Shown here piece after piece: positions 1 to 8,137 of a DNA stretch of 32,000 bases. The stretch's first letter is position 1. Each line of letters opens with the position of its first letter. The position numbers were made by a program, and so were the translations under genes. The stretch lies in the NCBI RefSeq assembly GCF_000017845.1, contig NC_010546.1, forward strand, positions 4,110,001 through 4,142,000, given 5' to 3'. This DNA comes from Crocosphaera subtropica ATCC 51142 (lineage in GTDB: Bacteria; Cyanobacteriota; Cyanobacteriia; Cyanobacteriales; Microcystaceae). The notes under the pieces are model-generated. The model had not been told where the DNA came from. It saw only the letters and a program-made list of their open reading frames with translations, and did not search any database.

Positions 1-88
1 CAACTTGGGTCTAAATTGCAAAAATTAGAAACAGTAGCACTTATTTGATTTTCGATTAACGCAAGCTTAAACCCTTGTAGGAGAACTT

Positions 89-1381
89 ATGAACATTGCA
101 GTGGTGGGCCTAAGTCACAAAACCGCCCCAGTTGAAGTCCGAGAAAAGTTAAGTATCCAAGAGGCTAAAATTGAAGAAGCCTTAACCCATTTAAAGGGTT
201 ATCCTCATATTGAAGAAGTGGCTGTCATTAGTACCTGCAACCGTTTAGAAATTTATGCGGTGGTGACAGACACAGAAAAGGGAGTGGTAGAGATCACTCA
301 ATTTCTATCAGAAATCGGTCATATTCCCTTAAGCTATCTTCGTCGCTATTTATTCACCTTGCTTCATCAAGATGCGGTACGTCACCTATTAAGAGTCGCT
401 GCCGGATTAGAAAGTTTAGTGTTAGGGGAAGGGCAAATTTTAGCCCAGGTAAAAACCACCCATAAATTATCCCAGAAATACAAAGGAATTGGTCGATTAC
501 TCGATCGCCTTTTTAAACAAGCCATCACAGCAGGAAAGCGGGTGCGTAGCGAAACCAATATTGGCACTGGTGCCGTGTCTATTAGTTCGGCTGCGGTAGA
601 ATTAGCCATCACAAAAGTAGATGATTTAGCTACCCGTAATATTAGTATTATCGGTGCAGGGAAAATGGCTTGCTTATTGGTTAAACATCTTGTGGCCAAG
701 GGAGCAACTTCCATCACCATTGTTAACCGTTCTCAGCGTCGGGCTGAAGAATTGGCCAAGAAATTTCCTCAAGCTGAGTTAACCCTAGTTTCCTTAGATG
801 AGATGATGAGCGTGGTAGGTAAGTCTCATCTTGTGTTTACTAGCACGGGGGCCACCGAACCTATCTTACATCAAGATAATCTCAGAGAAGTGGTATCGGC
901 TGAACAGGGATTAATGTTATTTGATATTTCTGTCCCTCGGAATGTGGCTACCAATGTTCAAGACCTGGAAATCGTGGAAGCTTATAATGTAGATGATTTA
1001 AAGGCTGTAGTCGCTCAAAATCATGCCAGTCGTCGTCAAATGGCCTTAGAGGCTGAAGGATTACTCGAAGAGGAAGTCGAAGCATTTGAACTGTGGTGGC
1101 GTTCTTTAGAGACAGTTCCTACTATTAGCTGTTTAAGAACAAAGGTTGAAAGTATCCGTGAACAAGAGTTAGAAAAAGCTTTATCTCGGTTAGGAACAGA
1201 ATTTGCAGAGAAACACCAAGAAGTAATTGAAGCCTTAACCAGAGGGATTGTCAATAAAATATTACATGAACCGATGGTGCAACTGCGAGCCCAACAAGAT
1301 ATAGAAGCTAGACAGCGATGTTTACAGTCTTTACAAATGTTGTTTGATCTAGAAATTGAGATCGAAAAACAATTTAGTTAA
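89..1381 (+). CDS. hemA: glutamyl-tRNA reductase
   Basis: 430-aa ORF. N-terminus [16 protein letters not shown], catalytic-Cys motif STCNRLEIY and Rossmann motif IIGAGKMA are typical of HemA. AGGAG sits about 5 nt upstream of the ATG. Confidence 0.95.
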   Translation: MNIAVVGLSHKTAPVEVREKLSIQEAKIEEALTHLKGYPHIEEVAVISTCNRLEIYAVVTDTEKGVVEITQFLSEIGHIPLSYLRRYLFTLLHQDAVRHLLRVAAGLESLVLGEGQILAQVKTTHKLSQKYKGIGRLLDRLFKQAITAGKRVRSETNIGTGAVSISSAAVELAITKVDDLATRNISIIGAGKMACLLVKHLVAKGATSITIVNRSQRRAEELAKKFPQAELTLVSLDEMMSVVGKSHLVFTSTGATEPILHQDNLREVVSAEQGLMLFDISVPRNVATNVQDLEIVEAYNVDDLKAVVAQNHASRRQMALEAEGLLEEEVEAFELWWRSLETVPTISCLRTKVESIREQELEKALSRLGTEFAEKHQEVIEALTRGIVNKILHEPMVQLRAQQDIEARQRCLQSLQMLFDLEIEIEKQFS

Positions 1382-1407
1382 CGTTTCGATTCTCCTCATA
1401 TCAATTA

Positions 1408-1452
1408 GAAAACTCTCGTTGAAGCAAAGTTTAACGAGAGTTTTCGTTTTTC
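1408..1452 (+). terminator. Rho-independent terminator after hemA
   Basis: Perfect 13-bp inverted repeat GAAAACTCTCGTT (1408-1420) / AACGAGAGTTTTC (1433-1445), followed by GTTTTT. It lies between the convergent hemA and oxygenase genes. Confidence 0.65.
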
Positions 1453-1520
1453 AGTGACTGTTGAGAATTGGTAATCTGATCCCAATTCTCTTTATTAACA
1501 ATAGAGATTATTAGCTGGTT

Positions 1521-2981
1521 TCAACTTGAGATCCAATTACCATGAAAGCCGCTGGGAACCCGAACTGGTAAATGAACAGTTGCTATCGGTTCAGATGCAA
1601 AATTATGAGGATCAATAATGATAAAATCACTGGTGTTAGTGTTTTCATTATACACAAAGGTCACAACATAACCATCTAATTCAGATTGACCATTAGAACT
1701 GGGAATAAACGCAGCTTCACCTCCATAACATCCGGGTTTAAATTGGTGAATTTTATGATTGTTCTTCACCACGTCGTATTGAATGAGAGATGGTGATAAA
1801 TTAGGGATTTTTTTCTGAGATGATAATTGTGTATCGTAGTAGGATGTATACCCAAATTGATAAGCTGTTCCAACATAATTCTGATGAATAACAGGTAATT
1901 CGACAAAACGATCATCTAAATCTTGAAAGTCCATTGTATGGGTTTCTAAATTAATAGTTAATCGTCGTAAATTAGACTTTTGAGTTAACATCGTTTCCCA
2001 GTTATTTTCTGATTGTATTTTAGGATAAGCCACAAAATCTATAAATAATCGATCATTCGCTTCAAAACTATTCATAAAATGCCAAGTCCAAAAAGCATCG
2101 GTCTTTAAATAAATAGGTTTTTTATCAAGATTATGCCGATCCACTAAAATAATCGTAGTTCCTTGTTCTTCTTGCCAAACAAAAGGAATATTATTATTTT
2201 TAGCTTCTGTCATATTAAATACCAAAGGACAGTTAAAAAAGATAATATAATTTTCAGTAATTGCCATATCATGGATCATAGTTGGTTGGGGAATTTCTAT
2301 GGGCAATTCTCGAATAATCTTATTATTACTATCAGCAACATAATAATGTAAATAAGGGGTGTTGAAAAAAGAATAGCGATAAAAGTGTAACTCTCCTGTT
2401 TTCGGATCGATTTTAGGATGGGCTGTCATTGCCTGTTCCAATTGATGATTAAAATCCCATTCTCCTATGGTTTCTAGATTTTTATTGACTTCATACGGTA
2501 AACCCGTTTCATATAACGCCAATAACTTATTTCCGTGAGCAATAATGTTAGTATTTGCATAATTTTTAAACTTTAATTCTTTTAATTGTTTCCCTTCAAA
2601 CATCTCATAAGTAAGTCCACGGGTTTGAATCCAACGATTTTTATAACTAACTTCTCCATTGCTAAAATAAATCCCATGTAACATACCATCTCCCTCAATA
2701 GGGTAACTATAGGATTCTGGTTTAAACATAGGATTAGGACCATTTCTAACATACATTCCCTGTAATTTAGTAGGGATTTTTCCTGATATTTTTAAATTGC
2801 TAATGTCAACTTCTTCAAATACTGGCGCATTCATTCCTCGTAAAAAAATATTGTCACTTTTCCAACTTTTATAGGATTTGTACTGTTTATAAATGGGACT
2901 AGATTGACTGGGTAATTGATGATAGGCGATCGCAGTCATAGCTGCAAGGGAAGATTGAATTAAAAATTGTCGTCTTTTCAT
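1521..2981 (-). CDS. carotenoid/apocarotenoid (or stilbene-type) cleavage oxygenase family protein with a twin-arginine signal peptide
   Basis: 486-aa ORF. The four iron-ligand His contexts of the carotenoid oxygenase family are present (TAHPKIDP, IHDMAITENY, WHFMNSFE, GFHGNWIS). The N-terminus MKRRQFLIQSSLAAMTAIA matches the Tat consensus RRxFL plus an h-region plus AxA. Confidence 0.85.
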   Translation of the reverse strand: MKRRQFLIQSSLAAMTAIAYHQLPSQSSPIYKQYKSYKSWKSDNIFLRGMNAPVFEEVDISNLKISGKIPTKLQGMYVRNGPNPMFKPESYSYPIEGDGMLHGIYFSNGEVSYKNRWIQTRGLTYEMFEGKQLKELKFKNYANTNIIAHGNKLLALYETGLPYEVNKNLETIGEWDFNHQLEQAMTAHPKIDPKTGELHFYRYSFFNTPYLHYYVADSNNKIIRELPIEIPQPTMIHDMAITENYIIFFNCPLVFNMTEAKNNNIPFVWQEEQGTTIILVDRHNLDKKPIYLKTDAFWTWHFMNSFEANDRLFIDFVAYPKIQSENNWETMLTQKSNLRRLTINLETHTMDFQDLDDRFVELPVIHQNYVGTAYQFGYTSYYDTQLSSQKKIPNLSPSLIQYDVVKNNHKIHQFKPGCYGGEAAFIPSSNGQSELDGYVVTFVYNENTNTSDFIIIDPHNFASEPIATVHLPVRVPSGFHGNWISS

Positions 2982-2992
2982 AATAATTGTTC

Positions 2993-3493
2993 TTAAAATT
3001 GACTATTTTTTAGCATTTTCTGGGCGAGTTGAGTGTCAATTGAAATACCTTCCGTGGGGAAATGCCGCATAATATCAATGGCAGTCCATCCGTCTTCGTC
3101 TTGATTCAAGGCGGCTGAAATTAACGCCCCTCGAATGGCATAAAATCCGTTAGCCTGGGGATGGGTACTAAAGACTTCTCCCATGCTTTTTAATAAGTCT
3201 TCCATCAATGGAGTTCGTAATAATCTAGAAAATCGAACCCCATCTATCTTATGGCGTTTTTGTAATGTTTTTCGTAATTCTATTAGAGTTTCTTCGTCAA
3301 ACTGACTGGCATAAAATGCAAATTCTTTAGTAATTCTGCCTTCCTTAGCATAAATTTCTAAGGATTCTACAGATAAGGAAAACTTTAATGGACCATAGAT
3401 AAAATAGAGGGTCTCCGCACTGAAAACAGGTCGAGGAATTAAAGGAATCAAAAATAAAGAGATTCCTAAGCAAATATGAGTTAAACGCTTCAT
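2993..3493 (-). CDS. secreted DUF1400-like protein (stand-alone domain usually found N-terminal to cyanobacterial alpha/beta hydrolases)
   Basis: 166-aa ORF with a Sec-type signal (MKRLTHICLGISLFLIPLIPRPVFSA). The remainder resembles DUF1400 as I remember it (LYFIYGPLKFSLSVESLEIYAKEG...). Its stop is 11 bp upstream of the oxygenase start, so co-transcription is likely. Confidence 0.55.
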   Translation of the reverse strand: MKRLTHICLGISLFLIPLIPRPVFSAETLYFIYGPLKFSLSVESLEIYAKEGRITKEFAFYASQFDEETLIELRKTLQKRHKIDGVRFSRLLRTPLMEDLLKSMGEVFSTHPQANGFYAIRGALISAALNQDEDGWTAIDIMRHFPTEGISIDTQLAQKMLKNSQF

Positions 3494-3593
3494 TTTCGGT
3501 ATAAAAAGTTACTATTTTTACCTAACCCTTACTGGTTCTGTTTACTCTAATGCAGCTTCTAGAGTCGCCCCATGTTTACTAATAAAATTTTAA

Positions 3594-3636
3594 GAAATAA
3601 ATAGACAATCATTAATCATGATTGTTCTTATTTATT
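3594..3636 (-). terminator. AT-rich imperfect hairpin downstream of the pentapeptide-repeat gene
   Basis: AATAAATAGACAATCAT / ATGATTGTTCTTATTTATT is an imperfect inverted repeat (2-nt bulge) around a TAAT loop. It lies in the 295-bp gap after the 3' end of the 3789..4796 gene. Confidence 0.3.
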
Positions 3637-3788
3637 ATGGTTATAGGTTTAATAACGGATGAAAATAAAGATTAAGACTTATAGTTATCTAATGTAACCT
3701 GAGTTCGGGATATGGTATTTGAGTTAGTTAAGGAGGAGATCAAGTTTAGGGAAAGACTTTCAATATTAAGCAAGATACAAAATTTGAG

Positions 3789-4796
3789 CTAACGATGTAC
3801 TTTCCCATCCGGCATGGTTGCACCCTGTAAAATGACACCGGCCAAGTTAGCACTCATTAACTCAGCCCTAGTTAAATTGGCATTACTCATATTGGCTCCC
3901 ATCAGGTTAGCCCGTGCAAAGAAAGCCTCCACTAAATCAGCATCTGTTAAATTTGCTCCGGACAAGTTAGCCCGACTTAAATCTGCGTGATTCATCCGTG
4001 TTAAGGTTAAATTAGCCTGATGAAGATTAGCACGATTAAAAACCGCATGGGTCATAATCGCCCCTGTCGCTATAATATCGCTCAACTCAGCTTGGGATAA
4101 TTGCGCCCTCACCAGATTGGTATTAGTCAGATTGGCTCCAGTTAATTTTGCCCCCGTTAAATTCGTATCCGTTAGTAAAGCCCCTTTGAGGTTAGCATTG
4201 GTTAAATCTGCTTTGCGTAAGTCAGCATCTCTCAAATTAACTTCTTTGAGATTAGCACCCATTAAATTAGCCCGACTCAAATCAACCCCCTTCATATTTG
4301 CCCCTTGTAAGTCCGCTCTCGTCAAGTTTGCCGCTTGGAGGTTAGTATAATAGCTTTTTTTTTCCTGACGCATATTTGCCCCCCTCAAACAAGCACCGGT
4401 GAGGGTTGCCCCACTTAAGTCTGCTCCTCGTAAATCAGCAGCGATTAAGTTAGCATCGAGAAACGTGGCTAAAGTAATATCGGTATCCCTTAAATTAGCC
4501 CCTTGTAGTAAGGTTCCATGAAGGGTTGCATTGCGTAAATCTGCTCCACTGAGATCAGCTTGGGAAAAATTCGCTCCACTTAAGTTGGCTCCAACAAAAT
4601 TAGCTTGGGTAAAGTTAGCACGGTTAAAATAGGAGAATAAGAGATTCGCCCCGTGTAAATCCGCTTCATTGAGGACAATCCCGATTAAATCTGCTCCTAC
4701 TAGGTTAATTCCTGGTAGCTTTAATCCATTAAATAACGTTTCTCCGGCAGCATAACGCTGAATTAATTCACTGGGTTTCATAGAGAGGGAAATCAT
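3789..4796 (-). CDS. pentapeptide-repeat protein
   Basis: 335-aa ORF made almost entirely of A(D/N)LxX pentapeptides (ANLSGANFSQADLSGADLRNATL...). It is interrupted once by MRQEKKSYYTN, which splits it into two predicted beta-helix blocks. Confidence 0.92.
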   Translation of the reverse strand: MISLSMKPSELIQRYAAGETLFNGLKLPGINLVGADLIGIVLNEADLHGANLLFSYFNRANFTQANFVGANLSGANFSQADLSGADLRNATLHGTLLQGANLRDTDITLATFLDANLIAADLRGADLSGATLTGACLRGANMRQEKKSYYTNLQAANLTRADLQGANMKGVDLSRANLMGANLKEVNLRDADLRKADLTNANLKGALLTDTNLTGAKLTGANLTNTNLVRAQLSQAELSDIIATGAIMTHAVFNRANLHQANLTLTRMNHADLSRANLSGANLTDADLVEAFFARANLMGANMSNANLTRAELMSANLAGVILQGATMPDGKVHR

Positions 4797-4803
4797 AATA
4801 GAG

Positions 4804-5952
4804 TTATAAGAAAGGTTTTATTGCTTCAACAACGGTACTGGCTGTTTGTAAATGGGACTCCGAATCATTAAGGGATTTAGCCAGGGTATATAGTTTTCCT
4901 TCAATCTCGGCCATGGAACGACCACTCTGAAGAATTTGCTCTAAGAGATCATCAAGGGTATAACTTCTCAAAGTTGACCAATCTTGTCCACTCCGATCCC
5001 AGGGATGAAATAGTAGGGAGAATAGCAATATCTTAGCGCGTAATGGATTGGTATATTGCATAATTTCCAGACGAATTTCAAAAATATCATACTTGGCTTT
5101 AGCTGGAGATGGTGCTGGTGGAGCCTGTACCTGTTTTAACTCAGTTACCATCTGTTCTGAAGTGATATTAATCACAGAGGTTTCAAAGGCCGAGGCAGAA
5201 GATGGCTGAATATTTCCAAAGTTCTTGCTATTATTAAGGGAGATAATTTGGGTGCTGTAGCTATGAGAATTGTCTTGAGAGAGGGGATCTTCTTCTTGCT
5301 GTAAATTATCGTATAATCCGCCAATTTGATGGAGAATGACTTTAGAAATAGCTAGATATAAATTTTTCTTATTAATATTGTTAACCAATTGAATAAAAGC
5401 TTGTTTAAGAGTATTATAATCAGGATAAATTTCTAGAGTTTCCCTAATTAAGTTTTTTAATCCATAAGTTTGAATACGGTTTAAATCATTTTCCCAACTA
5501 TTTTTAGTAATAGCGTAAATCAGTTTATGAATTCTTGCAGTTTCAGGATGATTGGATAAATTTCTAACCGCTTGTTCCAAGAGAACACTACCATCAGAAA
5601 CGTGGGTTTCTTTAGGATTAGTTGCTACTTCTATCACCTCTGTTTCCTGATGGAATTCACGATAAATAGGACCAAGTTGTTCAACGATCGCTTTAGCGAC
5701 TCCAGCATAAACTTTAGGACGGTTGAGAGTCTTAACTAATCTATATAAAGAAAGGGTCAGCTGTTCAAGGGTTTGTTGTTGTTTAATTAGCTCTTTAATT
5801 AAATTTTCCATAGACAACTGATTAAGGATATTGAGATCATTTTCCCAACTTTTTTGACAAATACAAAAAATTAATTTTTTGACTCTGATAGATTCTGGAT
5901 GATGTTCAAGATAGTGAACCGCTTGATAAAATGAATCCGATGATAATTGCAT
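4804..5952 (-). CDS. hypothetical protein with three tandem copies of a roughly 90-aa uncharacterised helical domain
   Basis: 382-aa ORF. Internal repeats are visible: QAVHYLEHHPESIRVKKLIFCICQKSWENDLN...LVKTLN (aa ~9-95), QAVRNLSNHPETARIHKLIYAITKNSWENDLN...LVNNIN (aa ~126-215), and a divergent third copy NPLRAKILLFSLLFHPWDRSGQDW...LAKSLN (aa ~290-380). Low-complexity linkers separate them. Its stop is 7 bp upstream of the pentapeptide gene. Confidence 0.75.
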   Translation of the reverse strand: MQLSSDSFYQAVHYLEHHPESIRVKKLIFCICQKSWENDLNILNQLSMENLIKELIKQQQTLEQLTLSLYRLVKTLNRPKVYAGVAKAIVEQLGPIYREFHQETEVIEVATNPKETHVSDGSVLLEQAVRNLSNHPETARIHKLIYAITKNSWENDLNRIQTYGLKNLIRETLEIYPDYNTLKQAFIQLVNNINKKNLYLAISKVILHQIGGLYDNLQQEEDPLSQDNSHSYSTQIISLNNSKNFGNIQPSSASAFETSVINITSEQMVTELKQVQAPPAPSPAKAKYDIFEIRLEIMQYTNPLRAKILLFSLLFHPWDRSGQDWSTLRSYTLDDLLEQILQSGRSMAEIEGKLYTLAKSLNDSESHLQTASTVVEAIKPFL

Positions 5953-6222
5953 AATTACCCCTTAAGAAAAAATACTAATGTTAAGTTATCACTCAATAGG
6001 TTAAGATTTTTCTTTATCTCAAACAAAAATAGTTGGCACTTCATTGTCTATGATACTGTCTATCCTTAAGTTAGAAAACAAACCATAGACAATAATTACA
6101 CTCTGTCGCTGAACCAAGAATCTCTCCCTTTCAGGAAAGGGAGCATCAAAATAAGGTTCATACTCAGGTTATGATTAGATTATGTTTGGGTTATGCTTTA
6201 GCGACCAAGACTTGAAAAATAT

Positions 6223-6232
6223 TTCATATGAA
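6223..6232. promoter_or_regulatory. candidate ArsR-family operator (perfect 10-bp palindrome TTCATATGAA)
   Basis: The palindrome TTCATATGAA is flanked by AAAAATA/ACAAATTTTT and lies about 25 bp upstream of the arsR ATG. ArsR/SmtB repressors typically bind AT-rich dyads overlapping their own promoter. Confidence 0.25.
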
Positions 6233-6255
6233 CAAATTTTTAATCCTTACGAACC

Positions 6256-6549
6256 ATGATTGATGAATCAAAAAGTTGCGCCGATAAACTCAAAATCTTA
6301 GCAGATACCACTCGTTTATCTGTTCTACGAATTCTGATGGAAGGGTCTAAGCACGTTGGGGAAATTAATGATGTTTTAGGATTAGAACAGAGTTTACTAT
6401 CTCATCATCTAAAAGTTTTACGCCAAGCAGGGTTTGTTACAACAACCAGAGATGGCAAAGCAGTTCTTTATCATTTTGTCCCAATAATTCGGCAAAAAGG
6501 AATAACTAAAGTCATTGATTTAGGCTGCTGTATTCTTTGCTTTGAATAA
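6256..6549 (+). CDS. arsR: ArsR/SmtB-family transcriptional repressor
   Basis: 97-aa ORF with the winged-HTH signature LADTTRLSVLRIL...LSHHLKVLRQAGFV. It lacks the canonical ELCVCD alpha-3 site but ends in a Cys cluster, GCCILCFE. Confidence 0.85.
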   Translation: MIDESKSCADKLKILADTTRLSVLRILMEGSKHVGEINDVLGLEQSLLSHHLKVLRQAGFVTTTRDGKAVLYHFVPIIRQKGITKVIDLGCCILCFE

Positions 6550-6568
6550 GAACTCGAAAAAAAATAGA

Positions 6569-7144
6569 ATGAAAAAACACCAAAAATTTACCTTGCTTAC
6601 TCTGATTTTAACCCTGAGTTTAGGGATACAAAATTGTAGCCAATCTTCCCAAAAAACTAGCCAAACCAGTAATGAATTACAGGGAAAATTAATTTTAACC
6701 GGTTCGAGTACCGTCGCACCTTTAGCAGCAGAAATCGGAAAACGATTTGAATCAGAGCATCCTAATGTACGAGTGGACGTACAAACAGGGGGATCATCCC
6801 GTGGCATTGCCGATGCACGCACAGGGGTAGGGAATATCGGCATGGTATCTCGTCGCCTCAAAGAGCAAGAAAAAGACCTACAATCATTTGCGATCGCTCG
6901 TGATGGCATTGGGATTATTGTCAATCAAGATAATTCCGTCAATACCTTGTCCAATCAACAGATTATCGACATTTACACCGGCAAACTTGATAATTGGCAA
7001 CCAATTAATGCCAAAGATGCACCGATTACAGTGGTGAATAAAGCAGAAGGACGATCTACCTTAGAACTATTTCTGGAATACTTTCAACTCAAAAATCAAG
7101 ACATGAAAGCATCGGTGGTCATTGGAGATAATCAACAGGGATGA
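6569..7144 (+). pseudogene. pstS: phosphate ABC transporter substrate-binding protein (PstS/PBP_like_2), C-terminally truncated
   Basis: Signal-peptide-like N-terminus (MKKHQKFTLLTLILTLSLG) followed by LTGSSTVAPLAAEIGKRFESEHPNVRVDVQTGGSSRGI... The protein stops at ...VIGDNQQG, roughly one third short of a complete two-lobed PstS. The segment that normally follows, with the conserved AIGY motif, is absent. Confidence 0.65.
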
Positions 7145-7374
7145 TTGTTATCTTAATCACTAGCTTCTTATTACTCGAAGCATTACCTCTGCTGCAACAA
7201 GTCGGATGGTTAAGGTTTGTCAGAGATCAAGCTTGGCATCCCGTTCAAGGACGCTATAATTTAATGCCGATGGTGTGGGGAACCCTGTTAGTCACATTGG
7301 GTTCTGTGCTGTTAGCCACCCCTTTAGGCATCGGTTCAGCCATATTTTGTCAATATTATGCCCCTCCATGCTGA
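7141..7374 (+). pseudogene. pstC: PstC permease fragment (77 aa, N-terminal portion only)
   Basis: LLLEALPLL...FVRDQAWHP...GTLLVTLGSVLLATPLGIGSAIFCQYYAPP matches the first approximately two TM helices of PstC. It ends at a TGA where about 230 aa more would be expected. No pstA follows. Confidence 0.6.
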
Positions 7375-7410
7375 ATTTACGGTCAAAAAGTAGCCTTTAC
7401 GGATATCACC

Positions 7411-8106
7411 TTGCCCATTGAAGCTGGGAAAATTACTGCTTTGGTGGGGCCGTCTGGCTGTGGAAAGAGTAGTTTTTTAAGTTGTTTAAATCGTCTCACT
7501 GATTTGCTTCCCAATACTAAAGTTTCGGGGAGCATTCGCTTAGATTCCCTAGAAATTCTGGATAATACCCTAGATTTAATCGCCCTACGATGGCGAGTCG
7601 GGACAATTTTCCAAAAACCGAATCCGTTTCCCTTCTCCATTTGGAAAAATTTAGCCTTTCCGTTACAAGAACACGGCATCAAAAACCGTGAACAACTCGA
7701 TGCCATCATTGAAACCACCCTTAAAGATGTGGGACTATGGAACGAAGTCAAAGATCGACTTAAAACCTCTGCTTTATCCTTATCTGGGGGACAAAAACAA
7801 CGGTTATGTATGGCTCGTGCTTTGGTGTTGCAACCAGAAGTATTATTATTAGATGAACCTTGTAGCGCGCTTGATCCCATTGCAAGTGGCGTAGTTGAGG
7901 ATTTAATTGCCAGTTTGCGAGGGCATTATACAGTCGTTATTGTGACTCATAACCTGGCGCAAGCGAGACGAATTGGTGACTATGCTGCTTTGTTTTGGGT
8001 ACAACAAACAGTTGGACAACTCATTGAGTACGGAACCATCGAACAAATTTTCTCAGATCCCCAACACCCTTTAACTTCTGCCTATGTGAATGGTATCCGA
8101 GGGTAG
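7411..8106 (+). CDS. pstB: phosphate ABC transporter ATP-binding protein PstB, N-terminally truncated (homology starts at 7375, immediately after the pstC' stop)
   Basis: Contains Walker A GPSGCGKSS, FQKPNPFP, signature LSGGQKQRL, Walker B LLLDEP, and H-loop VTHN. The in-frame upstream sequence IYGQKVAFTDITL is PstB-like but is preceded directly by TGA. The only available start is TTG at 7411, so it may not be functional. Confidence 0.7.
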   Translation: MPIEAGKITALVGPSGCGKSSFLSCLNRLTDLLPNTKVSGSIRLDSLEILDNTLDLIALRWRVGTIFQKPNPFPFSIWKNLAFPLQEHGIKNREQLDAIIETTLKDVGLWNEVKDRLKTSALSLSGGQKQRLCMARALVLQPEVLLLDEPCSALDPIASGVVEDLIASLRGHYTVVIVTHNLAQARRIGDYAALFWVQQTVGQLIEYGTIEQIFSDPQHPLTSAYVNGIRG

Positions 8107-8137
8107 TTAAGAAACTAAATGTCTATGAATCACATCT

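Noticed and set aside
382-1254. Minus-strand ORFs 382-720 and 1036-1254 inside hemA. The same situation applies to other short antisense or alternate-frame ORFs in the track: 2163-2351, 8967-9170, 9747-9992, 10755-10964, 11842-12054, 16130-16372, 17281-17472, 18755-18988, 20045-20329, 22820-23029, 27290-27484, 27958-28152, 28525-28716, 30282-30497, 30874-31056 and 31101-31367.
   Set aside because: Each is nested within, or largely overlaps, a longer ORF with unambiguous family motifs. None shows a recognisable motif or plausible start context.
4117-4350. 77-aa + strand ORF inside the pentapeptide-repeat gene
   Set aside because: It is a mirror-frame artefact of the periodic pentapeptide coding sequence (the LAPV/KSAL periodicity simply reflects the antisense of ANLxG repeats). 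It is fully contained in a strong CDS on the other strand.
6520-6924. 134-aa minus-strand ORF overlapping the arsR end and pstS'
   Set aside because: It is a shadow ORF opposite a clearly PstS-like frame. It has no motifs and an unusual Arg/Cys/Pro-rich composition.
7383-7880. 165-aa minus-strand ORF across pstB
   Set aside because: It is antisense to a sequence carrying the complete ABC-ATPase motif set. Its translation is low-complexity with no recognisable domain.
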